This document shows positions 18,928 to 27,333 of a stretch of 34,153 nucleotides of DNA, piece after piece. Position 1 is the first letter of the stretch; the number at the start of each line of letters is the position of its first letter. The position numbers were made by a program, and so were the translations under genes. A model generated the notes under the pieces. It had not been told where the DNA came from and ran no database searches. It was given only the letters and a program-made list of their open reading frames with translations. The stretch comes from Fidelibacterota bacterium. GTDB lineage: Bacteria; Fidelibacterota; UBA8477; JABMPR01. The DNA lies in assembly GCA_029939675.1 (NCBI GenBank), contig JAOZSM010000006.1, positions 1 through 34,153 of the forward strand. Direction: 5' to 3'.

Positions 18928-20754
18928 TCACTCCACCGTCACACTCTTGGCTAAATTTCGCGGTTGATCCACATTACATCCTCGCTCCACAGCTATATAA
19001 TACGATAAGAGCTGTAAGGGTATCACGTTTAGGATGGGTGCTGTAAATGACAGAGCCGGTGGAACATACAGAACATGATCCGCTACATCCTTGATACGTG
19101 TATCACCCTGAGTGGCCAGGGCAATTACCCGTCCATGACGGGCTTTGACTTCTTCAATATTACTGATGATCTTATCATAGGTCTTATCCTGAGGCGCGAT
19201 AGCCACAATGGGCATTGACCGATCGATGAGAGCAATGGGACCATGCTTCATTTCGGCTGCAGGATAACCCTCGGCATGGATATAAGAAATCTCTTTGAGT
19301 TTGAGTGCGCCTTCAAGCGCTACGGGAAAATTTACACCGCGTCCCAGATACAGAAAATTAGAGGCATCAGCATAAAGTTTGGCAATCTCTGCAATTTGGT
19401 CAGCCTGTTTAAGCAGCCATTCCACATCTTCAGGCAGGCGTTGCATAGCCTGGGCGATCTCCAGTCCATCGGCATCGCTCATACCCATAAGGCGGGCCAG
19501 CTTCAGTGTTAAAAGTGATAGAACAGTGACCTGTGAAGTAAACGCCTTGGTGGAGGCCACCCCAATCTCGGGGCCAGCATGAATGTATACTCCAGCCTCA
19601 GTTTCCCGGGCGATGGAACTCCCAACAACGTTACAAATACCTAGAACGGTAGCATCCCGATTTTTGGCTTCTTGAATAGCCGCCAGTGTGTCAGCCGTCT
19701 CTCCGGACTGGCTGATGGCAAAAACGATGGATTTTGTATCTACCAGGGGTTCACGATAGCGAAATTCACTGGCGTACTCTACTTCACTAGGCAAGCGGGC
19801 AAATTGCTCAAACATCATTTCGCCAATGAGAGCAGCGTGCCAGGAGGTACCACAGGCAGTAAAATAGCGCTGGTCAGCATGCAGGATGGAACCAATCATA
19901 TGGTTGAGTCCACCGAGGTGGGCGTTGCCTTCTTCAGGAAGCAGCCGGCCTCGCATGGCATCATGAATGGTTTGAGGCTGACTAAAAATCTCCTTAAGCA
20001 TAAAATGCTCAAAGCCACCCTTTTCGACCTCTTCCAGATTGAAAGTAATCTTGTGAATCTTTTTGGCTATCTGATTTTCGTCACTGGAATAAGTCTTGAT
20101 GCCATCGGGAGTTAGAACACCAATTTCCTCATTATCCAAATAGATAACATCTTTGGAATATTTCAAGATTGCAGCAACATCAGAAGCGACAAAATATTCA
20201 TTCTCTCCTACAGCCATGATCAGGGGCGCACCCTTTCGAGTACAAACAATCTTTTCTGGTTCATCAGCATGAATAATTGCCAGACCATAAGCGCCGATAA
20301 CATGTGAAAGAGCTTCTCGAACTGCAGATTCCAGGTTCCCATGGTAAGCCTGACTGATGAGAGCGACTACCACCTCAGTATCGGTATCACTACTGAATTC
20401 ATAACCACTATTCTCGAGTTCATCCCGTAAAATCTTATAGTTTTCAATGATTCCATTATGGACCAGAGCAACTTTGCCATCCTGGCTGACGTGAGGATGG
20501 GCATTATCCACAGTCGGTGGTCCATGAGTAGCCCAACGGGTATGACCAATAGCAACCGGACTGCTGGTTTGTTGTTGAGCTAAAGCCCCCTGAAGTTTAT
20601 TCACCTTGCCTGTAACCTTCTCCAGGTTAATGCCGGTAACATTCAGTAAAGCAATACCACAGGAATCATAGCCACGATATTCCAAGCGCTGCAAGCCCTC
20701 AATTACTACGGGAATGGCGTTATTCTGACCAATGTATCCTACAATACCACACAT
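18928..20754 (-). CDS. glmS: Glutamine--fructose-6-phosphate aminotransferase (isomerizing)
   Basis: MCGIVG, LEYRGYDS, GHTRWATHG, HNGIIEN, SQSGETADT, VASTKAF, PRNLAKSVTVE. Confidence 0.99.
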   Translation of the reverse strand: MCGIVGYIGQNNAIPVVIEGLQRLEYRGYDSCGIALLNVTGINLEKVTGKVNKLQGALAQQQTSSPVAIGHTRWATHGPPTVDNAHPHVSQDGKVALVHNGIIENYKILRDELENSGYEFSSDTDTEVVVALISQAYHGNLESAVREALSHVIGAYGLAIIHADEPEKIVCTRKGAPLIMAVGENEYFVASDVAAILKYSKDVIYLDNEEIGVLTPDGIKTYSSDENQIAKKIHKITFNLEEVEKGGFEHFMLKEIFSQPQTIHDAMRGRLLPEEGNAHLGGLNHMIGSILHADQRYFTACGTSWHAALIGEMMFEQFARLPSEVEYASEFRYREPLVDTKSIVFAISQSGETADTLAAIQEAKNRDATVLGICNVVGSSIARETEAGVYIHAGPEIGVASTKAFTSQVTVLSLLTLKLARLMGMSDADGLEIAQAMQRLPEDVEWLLKQADQIAEIAKLYADASNFLYLGRGVNFPVALEGALKLKEISYIHAEGYPAAEMKHGPIALIDRSMPIVAIAPQDKTYDKIISNIEEVKARHGRVIALATQGDTRIKDVADHVLYVPPALSFTAPILNVIPLQLLSYYIAVERGCNVDQPRNLAKSVTVE

Positions 20755-21004
20755 ATATCTACTCTCGTTTTATTAATTAATCAGTGAAGGGTCATTAGAG
20801 ATTTACACAGGACCTTTTGGATGTGAGTTCTATCGTTCCAGATTGGGAATGTGGTTTTTGATAATATATCACTATTAATCTCTCATCAGTTATGTTCAAC
20901 ATTGTACAAAAAAAATATGGTTCTCTGAATCAAATTACGTTCAGGCAACCACTACCAATACTATTAGTAATTAACCAGACTATTTGATGGCAGGGGATTC
21001 AATG

Positions 21005-22537
21005 CTATTCCCACTCGATAGTTCCAGGTGGTTTGGAGGTTACATCATAAACAACGCGATTTATGCCATTCACGGAATTTACGATCTTACTGGAAACCTC
21101 AGCAATGATCTCATAGGGAATTCTGACCCAATCAGCAGTCATCCCATCCAGACTATGGACTGCTCGAATTGCCAGGACATTTTCATAGGTTCGTTTATCA
21201 CCCATCACCCCCACCGTTCTAAGCGGGAGCAACACGGTAAAAGCCTGCCAGATTTTATCGTACCAACCAGTTTCGTACAGGGTTTCAATAAATATTCTAT
21301 CAGCTGCTCTAAGAATTTCCAGACGATCTTCGCTGACCTCACCCAGGCACCTTACTGCCAGTCCTGGTCCTGGAAAAGGATGTCGACCAATAATCTTGAC
21401 TGGCACATTTAAGACTCTTCCAACTGCGCGCACTTCATCTTTAAACAGTTCTTTAAATGGTTCAATAACTTTCAGGGACATCTTTTCCGGTAAACCGCCG
21501 ACGTTATGGTGACTTTTAATGGTGACGGCATGTCCCGAAACAGCCCCGCTTTCGATGACATCCGGATAGAGAGTACCTTGAGCCAAAAACTCGATATCCT
21601 GGTGTTGAGCAGCAACTTCTTCAAAAGATTCAATGAAAACCCGACCGATAATTTTGCGTTTCTGCTCTGGTTCTTTAACACCAACCAATTCGGAGAGAAA
21701 TGCCTGGGAGTAATTATGCTGAAATATTTTGATATGCGAAGCCTCAAAAAGACTCCTTACTTCCTCAGTCTCATTGGCTCTTAATAATCCATTATCAATA
21801 AAAACCGGAATACAGCGATCACCAATGGCATCGTGCATGAGAAATGCCAGAACTGATGAATCCACACCCCCACTCAACCCCAGTAACACTTTTTTAGCTC
21901 CAACCGTATCACGGATAGACTGAATGGCATCTTCCACAAAACTCGAGGATGTCCAATCACGCGAGAAATCAGCTACTTTGAATAAAAAGTTACTAATGAT
22001 AGTCTGCCCCTGGACGGTATGATTAACCTCCGGGTGAAACTGAACTGCATAGAGCGGCTTGAGGGTATGGGCAATTCCTGCAATAAGATCGCCTGAGGAG
22101 CGGGCTATTATTTTAAAATCAGCTGGGATTGAATCTACATGGTCGCCATGACTCATCCAAACTTGAGAGCCCTCAGAAACGCCTTCAAACAGTTGGCTGT
22201 CAACAGGAAAATGAACCCCCATGGGTCCATATTCTCTGGTAACTCCAGGTACAACACTGCCTTTAAAGTGCCGGGTCATTAGCTGAAGACCATAGCAAAC
22301 ACCCAGAATTGGTAAATTTAGCTCAAAGATATCAGGGTCGATCTGCGGTGCGCCTTCTTCAAAGCTACTATTCGGTCCACCTGACAGGATTAGTGCTTTA
22401 GCGCCCAACTCCTGAATTTCCACGGCTGTTAAATCAGAGTGAACAATGCGACAATACACCTGTTCCTCTCGAATTCGGCGAGCGATCAGCTGGGTGTATT
22501 GTGATCCAAAATCAAGGATTAGCACCAGCTCATGCAT
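21005..22537 (-). CDS. guaA: GMP synthase (glutamine-hydrolysing)
   Basis: LDFGSQYTQLIARR, GVCYG, QFHPEV, SGGVDSS, IKSHHNVGGLP, HPFPGPGL, KPPGTIEWE. Confidence 0.99.
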   Translation of the reverse strand: MHELVLILDFGSQYTQLIARRIREEQVYCRIVHSDLTAVEIQELGAKALILSGGPNSSFEEGAPQIDPDIFELNLPILGVCYGLQLMTRHFKGSVVPGVTREYGPMGVHFPVDSQLFEGVSEGSQVWMSHGDHVDSIPADFKIIARSSGDLIAGIAHTLKPLYAVQFHPEVNHTVQGQTIISNFLFKVADFSRDWTSSSFVEDAIQSIRDTVGAKKVLLGLSGGVDSSVLAFLMHDAIGDRCIPVFIDNGLLRANETEEVRSLFEASHIKIFQHNYSQAFLSELVGVKEPEQKRKIIGRVFIESFEEVAAQHQDIEFLAQGTLYPDVIESGAVSGHAVTIKSHHNVGGLPEKMSLKVIEPFKELFKDEVRAVGRVLNVPVKIIGRHPFPGPGLAVRCLGEVSEDRLEILRAADRIFIETLYETGWYDKIWQAFTVLLPLRTVGVMGDKRTYENVLAIRAVHSLDGMTADWVRIPYEIIAEVSSKIVNSVNGINRVVYDVTSKPPGTIEWE

Positions 22538-22627
22538 ATGGACCCCCTATAAAAGCTGCTTGCCATTCTCCATTTCCCGAGCTTGGTTCTTCGCTTATCG
22601 GCTTCACCCTCACAAACCACCGGGCGG

Positions 22628-22642
22628 GCAGAGAACGCAAAG
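22628..22642. repeat. Isolated copy of the MITE-internal motif GCAGAGAACGCAAAG
   Basis: 15/15 identical to 3601-3615; no TIRs seen around it. Confidence 0.5.
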
Positions 22643-22713
22643 TATTTTTAAGTAAATACAAATAGATTAGTCGCATTGCAGTAGCTCTCAATTGATTGTT
22701 CAATGGGGCTGAA

Positions 22714-23484
22714 TTACCTTAGTTCCAGATTCCAGGATCGCAGGGATTCCAGAAAATTATGGTTGGTTAGTTCATAGTGAAGCGGAGTAATTGATACACA
22801 GCCTGATCTAACTGCGTTTTCATCTAGATCAGGATCGGAATCTTTGTAGACTCGTGTACCGGAAAGCCAGTAATAAATGCGTTTCCGTGGATCTTCCCGG
22901 CGTTCCAATTTTTCCTGATAGGTACCACTCCCCTGCCTGGTAATGCAAAACCCTTTGAAAGATTCATAATCTCCAGCTGGTACGTTAACATTTAGAAGAG
23001 TCCCTTTGGGCAGGCCTGCATCAAGCATTCGATCAACCATTATCTTAGCAACCTTAGCTGCCGCAGAAAAATCTTTTTGGCTAAAAGAGTCCAATGATAT
23101 GGCCATGGCAGGGATATCTAATATGGTACCTTCATATGCTGCTGAGACAGTACCTGAATAGATAATATCCACACCTACGTTAGCACCCTGATTAATTCCT
23201 GAGATAACCAATTCAGGCCTGGGAACCAATTTTCCATTGATCGCCAATTTGACACAATCTGCCGGTGTTCCCCCGATACCCCAACCAAAATGAGTATCAT
23301 CTCTAAATATTTCAGTCACTTTCAGGGGATCAGAAATTGTGATCGCGTGTCCCATGGCACTCATTTCCGAGATGGGTGCTACCACATAAACATCAGCAGA
23401 ATCAGCAAAGATATCTGCCAGAGCAAGAATACCCGGGGCATTAATGCCATCATCATTTGTTAGTAGAATCTTAGGCTTGGACAT
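22714..23484 (-). CDS. surE: 5'/3'-nucleotidase SurE
   Basis: ILLTNDDGI, GTPADCV, SGINQGANVG, YSGTVSAAYEG, SITPL. Confidence 0.98.
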   Translation of the reverse strand: MSKPKILLTNDDGINAPGILALADIFADSADVYVVAPISEMSAMGHAITISDPLKVTEIFRDDTHFGWGIGGTPADCVKLAINGKLVPRPELVISGINQGANVGVDIIYSGTVSAAYEGTILDIPAMAISLDSFSQKDFSAAAKVAKIMVDRMLDAGLPKGTLLNVNVPAGDYESFKGFCITRQGSGTYQEKLERREDPRKRIYYWLSGTRVYKDSDPDLDENAVRSGCVSITPLHYELTNHNFLESLRSWNLELR

Positions 23485-24322
23485 AGAGAATATCGAGTAT
23501 TTCAGTCATCTGCTGCTTGAGATCATCGCGGGCAACAATTAAATCAAGGAAACCCTTTTCAAGTAAAAATTCAGCTCGCTGAAAACCTTTAGGAAGATCT
23601 GCCCCGATTGTTTGCTTGATAACCCGGGGGCCGGCAAAACCAATCAGCGCTCCAGGTTCGGCAATATTGACATCACCTAACATAGCAAAGCTGGCAGTTA
23701 CACCACCTGTGGTAGGATCAGTCATCAGTGAAATGTAGGGGATTTTTTCATCAGCTAACTGACTCAATTTGGCAGAGGTCTTGGCCATCTGCATCAAAGA
23801 ATAAGCCCCTTCCATCATTCGGGCACCACCAGATGCTGAGATAATGATCAGGGGATACCTTTTTTCCCGGGCAAGGTCAGCTGCCCGAGCTAATAGTTCT
23901 CCCACGGCAGAGCCCATACTGCCACCAATAAACGAAAAGTCCATAACAGCCAATACCACTGGCTTCTTATTCATGCGCCCTTCAATCACTTGAACGGCCT
24001 CATTTCTACCTGTCTTTTGTTGGGCTGCAGAGAGTTGTTCGCTATACTTTTTCTGGGCTTTGAACTTAAGGGGATCTTTAGGTTTGATCTGCTGAAAACG
24101 GGATTGACGACCATCAGAATCCAACAAGATTTCAATGTAGTTTGAGGCTGGAATTCTAAAATGATAACCACACTTATAGCAGACATTATTACTCTGCTGT
24201 AACTCAGCTTTATATAGAATCTGCCGACAGCTGGGACACTTGACCCAGAGACCCTCCTGGATGTTCTTCTTCTCAGCACTTTCGGTTTGAATATTTTTAT
24301 CTTTACGACGAAACCAACTCAT
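23471..24322 (-). CDS. accD: Acetyl-CoA carboxylase carboxyltransferase beta subunit
   Basis: C4 zinc finger (WVKCPSC...VCYKC), GGSMGS, SGGARMMEG, PTTGGVTASFA, GFAGPRVIKQT. Confidence 0.98.
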   Translation of the reverse strand: MSWFRRKDKNIQTESAEKKNIQEGLWVKCPSCRQILYKAELQQSNNVCYKCGYHFRIPASNYIEILLDSDGRQSRFQQIKPKDPLKFKAQKKYSEQLSAAQQKTGRNEAVQVIEGRMNKKPVVLAVMDFSFIGGSMGSAVGELLARAADLAREKRYPLIIISASGGARMMEGAYSLMQMAKTSAKLSQLADEKIPYISLMTDPTTGGVTASFAMLGDVNIAEPGALIGFAGPRVIKQTIGADLPKGFQRAEFLLEKGFLDLIVARDDLKQQMTEILDILYVQA

Positions 24323-24345
24323 TTATAGTCCTAACGGCTTAATAA

Positions 24346-24397
24346 TTTACAGGTATTTAAACCTTGGACATAATAACCTGTAAAGCAAGTTATACCA
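24346..24397 (-). promoter_or_regulatory. Possible extended -10 promoter with an adjacent 9-bp inverted repeat upstream of accD
   Basis: Minus-strand TGGTATAAC at 24397-24389; TTTACAGGT (24346-24354) / ACCTGTAAA (24376-24384) with a 21-nt spacer. Confidence 0.35.
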
Positions 24398-24489
24398 ATT
24401 AAACCTCATAATGTGCAGTGCCTCCTTCATTTTTTCCAGTTCTACTGCACTTCAAAATTTGAGTTTAGCAATGGATATCCAAATCATAT

Positions 24490-25170
24490 TTAAAAACTGG
24501 GTGGGACCCATTTTTTGGCTTCGTATTTGACATTGTAAAAAGGTTCAAGTTCATCCAGATCAGTCACGATGTTTACTCCCCGTAACCCAGCGAGCAGGGC
24601 AACTTGACCTGCATCAGCAGCCTGATGATAAAATCGCTGCTGAACTGAAGCGGCTGCCTGGTCAGTTTGAAGCCACTGTTCAAAACCACGGTCGGCAATT
24701 CCAAAATAGTGATCAACCTGTTTGTTAGCCAAAGTATCCCATGTATCATAGTGAAATTCAGGCGTGGTGATTAACCCACTTTCCCCAAGCTGATAATCGG
24801 CATAGTGCACAAAATTGCGATGGGAGAAGATCACCGCTCGACAGAGTCCCTTAAGACTGTGTCTGAGACCGAAGGCCATGGCATCAGTAGTAAGGATAGG
24901 CATCAAGGGAAGATCAAGCGTAAGCGCAAGTGCTTTCATGGTTGCCAGACCAATCCGTAAACCGTTGAAACTACCAGGTCCGATGGCAATGGCCAAAGCT
25001 TGCACGGGAATTTTCCGGGAGCGACTGTCTGTGAGTGCTTCTTTTAAAAATGGAGAGAGTTTCTCAATATGAATCTGCCCACCAGATGCCTCTCGGTTGA
25101 AAATGATCTCACCCTCATGGGCTGTAGCGACAGAGCACACAACCGAGGAAGTATCACACGCCAGGATCAT
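24490..25170 (-). CDS. tsaB: tRNA threonylcarbamoyladenosine biosynthesis protein TsaB
   Basis: ILACDTS, GPGSFNGLRIG, LEPFY; overlaps the tsaE stop. Confidence 0.93.
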   Translation of the reverse strand: MILACDTSSVVCSVATAHEGEIIFNREASGGQIHIEKLSPFLKEALTDSRSRKIPVQALAIAIGPGSFNGLRIGLATMKALALTLDLPLMPILTTDAMAFGLRHSLKGLCRAVIFSHRNFVHYADYQLGESGLITTPEFHYDTWDTLANKQVDHYFGIADRGFEQWLQTDQAAASVQQRFYHQAADAGQVALLAGLRGVNIVTDLDELEPFYNVKYEAKKWVPPSF

Positions 25171-25622
25171 AGTTTAAACTCCAACACCCGAGGTGAATTT
25201 ATTAGAATTTCACGTCCATTCTCATCATCGTCCACATGCCTAAAATGAAAGCCAAAAGCATCCTCTGGAATGGCATCTGCAACGATATCAGCCCATTCTA
25301 TAATGATGATGGCACCTGAATCATAATACTCCCAGATTCCCATGGAAATCAATTCTGCCCCTGATTTGAGGCGGTAGGCATCAATGTGCACAATTTCCTG
25401 ATTTTTATTACCGTGGTACTCATTGATATATGTAAAGGTTGGGCTAAGGGCAAATTCACGAACTTCGTAATAGCTTGTGATGCCTTGCGTAAAAGTTGTT
25501 TTGCCACTGGCCAGGTTGCCCCTCATTGCCAGTACATCACCTGGCTTCAATTGGGCGGCAAGCTGCTGGGCAAGTAACTTGGTTTCCTCTGCGGTATTAG
25601 TTTTAAAGTGATAACGCTGCAT
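25167..25622 (-). CDS. tsaE: tRNA threonylcarbamoyladenosine biosynthesis ATPase TsaE
   Basis: Walker A GNLASGKTT, SPTF, HIDAYRL, IIEWA. Confidence 0.96.
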   Translation of the reverse strand: MQRYHFKTNTAEETKLLAQQLAAQLKPGDVLAMRGNLASGKTTFTQGITSYYEVREFALSPTFTYINEYHGNKNQEIVHIDAYRLKSGAELISMGIWEYYDSGAIIIIEWADIVADAIPEDAFGFHFRHVDDDENGREILINSPRVLEFKL

Positions 25623-27190
25623 TATTTAGGTTCCAGGGTTGCCAGAGGAAGGATCATTTCCCACATACTGAGACCACCATGCTGGTAGGTATCGGCAAAC
25701 TTATTCTGAAATTTTCGGAAATTATTGGGATACAGGAAGTAATACATTTTCTGAGCAATGGCCAGCGTATCACTCTGATTTGAAGTCGGTATTCGAAGTC
25801 GTGCAGGATTGTCAAGATACCAGGCATCCTTAGGATTCGGTTTAAGGTTACGTCCCTGTTTAAACCTTAAATTTGTGGAAGCTTCACGGTCTGCCAGAAT
25901 TTGAGTTGGTTGCTGTACACGAACGCTGCCATGATCTGACGTCACGACAACATGGAAACCCTGCCTGGCAGCTGTGGCCAGAACATCTTTTATCCAGGAG
26001 TTGTTAAACCAGGCTCGAACGATTTCGCGATAACTGGCCTCATTGGGCAGGATCTCTCTGAGCAACGGTGAGTCTGTCCGTCGGTGAGCAAGCAGATCAA
26101 CATGATTAACAACCAGGGCGACCAGCTGATGGTTGCCCCAGGACCCGAATTGTTTGGCAAATTGGACACCATCACGATTACTGAGAATCTTTTTATACTT
26201 GGCTTCCGGTCTAAGCGAAAGACCTGAACGTCGGATATTTTCCAGCAGAAAGTCCTCTTCGTGTCGATTGAGGCTATGCTCATCTCTCCCACCCCACCAT
26301 TCAGGATGGAAGCGTTGCATATCATCTGGGAAGAGGCCACTAAAGATGGCATTTCTACTGTATTCAGTTGTGGTAGGAATCAGTGAGAAAAACCCATCCC
26401 TCTGAATCTGAAAATCATTATAAAGCAGGGGCTCCAGGGTTAACCATTGATCCCAACGCATACAATCTATAACGAGGAGCAGAACCTTCTTTTGCTCTTT
26501 CAGAAGGGGTTTGACGGCATGATTAAATACATCAGGAGAAAGCGGAGGTCTTTGATCAGATGACCCTTGGACCCAGGTTTCATAATTTGTCTTAACGAAA
26601 CGCGTAAACAGATCATTGGCTTCATGTTGTTGTTGTAAAAGCATTTCGTCAAAGCCCAGATCGGGATAATCATCCAACTCCAATTCCCAGGCTGAAAGTT
26701 GGTGATGGATATTGATCCACTCCTGTGGACTGGGATTACTCTCAATGCGGGAGGTTAACTCAGCAAAGGCCCGCATATATTTTTCTGAAATGGCATCCTG
26801 TTTGATCTGTCGATTTTCCAGAATCTTCATGATAGCCAGAAGTATTTGGGATGGATTCACCGGTTTAGTAAGATAATCAGAAATACGACTCCCAATGGCT
26901 TCTTCCATCAGGCTCTCTTCTTCATTCTTGGTAATCATAATGATGGGTAAAGCTGGGTGTTCAGCTTTTAGAACAGAGAGGGTTTCCAATCCGTCCTTCC
27001 CGGGCATATTCTCATCAAGCAGGACAATATCAAAACGCTGCTGTCCACAGAGGGCGATGGCATCATCACCGTTCGTAACGGTTGTGACTTGAAAACCCTT
27101 GCCTTCCAAAAAGAGAACATGTGAACGCAGCAGGTCTATTTCATCATCAGCCCAAAGTATTTTTCCACGATTCAGTACGTTTGTATTCAT
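25622..27190 (-). CDS. porX: PorX-type response regulator (REC domain plus PglZ/alkaline-phosphatase-superfamily domain)
   Basis: ILWADDEIDLL, LLDENMPG (phosphoacceptor), ITKNEEESLMEEAIG, YLTKPVNPSQIL; PglZ metal motifs IDCMRWDQW, PTTTEYSRNAIFSG, DLLAH, TSDHG, YQHGGLS; 522 aa. Confidence 0.9.
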   Translation of the reverse strand: MNTNVLNRGKILWADDEIDLLRSHVLFLEGKGFQVTTVTNGDDAIALCGQQRFDIVLLDENMPGKDGLETLSVLKAEHPALPIIMITKNEEESLMEEAIGSRISDYLTKPVNPSQILLAIMKILENRQIKQDAISEKYMRAFAELTSRIESNPSPQEWINIHHQLSAWELELDDYPDLGFDEMLLQQQHEANDLFTRFVKTNYETWVQGSSDQRPPLSPDVFNHAVKPLLKEQKKVLLLVIDCMRWDQWLTLEPLLYNDFQIQRDGFFSLIPTTTEYSRNAIFSGLFPDDMQRFHPEWWGGRDEHSLNRHEEDFLLENIRRSGLSLRPEAKYKKILSNRDGVQFAKQFGSWGNHQLVALVVNHVDLLAHRRTDSPLLREILPNEASYREIVRAWFNNSWIKDVLATAARQGFHVVVTSDHGSVRVQQPTQILADREASTNLRFKQGRNLKPNPKDAWYLDNPARLRIPTSNQSDTLAIAQKMYYFLYPNNFRKFQNKFADTYQHGGLSMWEMILPLATLEPK

Positions 27191-27266
27191 GGGTTGAAAA
27201 TATGTGGTGAAGCTGGTGAGAAAAGGGGATTTTTAAAAAGACAGATGCCAGAATATAAAGAATATT

Positions 27267-27322
27267 AAACAAGGAACACCGATTTTAGAAGTTCTGAAAT
27301 CGGTGTTCGTTATTCCTTGTTT
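27267..27322 (-). terminator. Long stem-loop immediately after the adenylate cyclase stop
   Basis: GAACACCGATTT / AAATCGGTGTTC perfect 12-bp arms (27274-27308) plus outer AAACAAGGAA / TTCCTTGTTT (27267-27276, 27313-27322). Confidence 0.6.
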
Positions 27323-27333
27323 GCTATTCAATA

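Noticed and set aside
20755-21004. glmS ribozyme in the 250-bp glmS leader
   Set aside because: The minus-strand sequence lacks the AGCGCC and GACGAGG core motifs; it is AT-rich and promoter-like. An Rfam scan would be decisive.
19243-21923. Plus-strand ORFs of 64-147 aa opposite glmS and guaA, and similar short ORFs throughout the window
   Set aside because: Antisense or alternate-frame shadows of conserved genes with no protein-like features.
22538-22713. Purine riboswitch upstream of guaA
   Set aside because: No purine-aptamer consensus seen; the GC-rich part is better explained as a repeat remnant.
25622-27190. BREX phage-defence system suggested by the PglZ domain
   Set aside because: PglZ is fused to a REC domain in PorX architecture, and no brxC, pglX or brxL neighbours are present.
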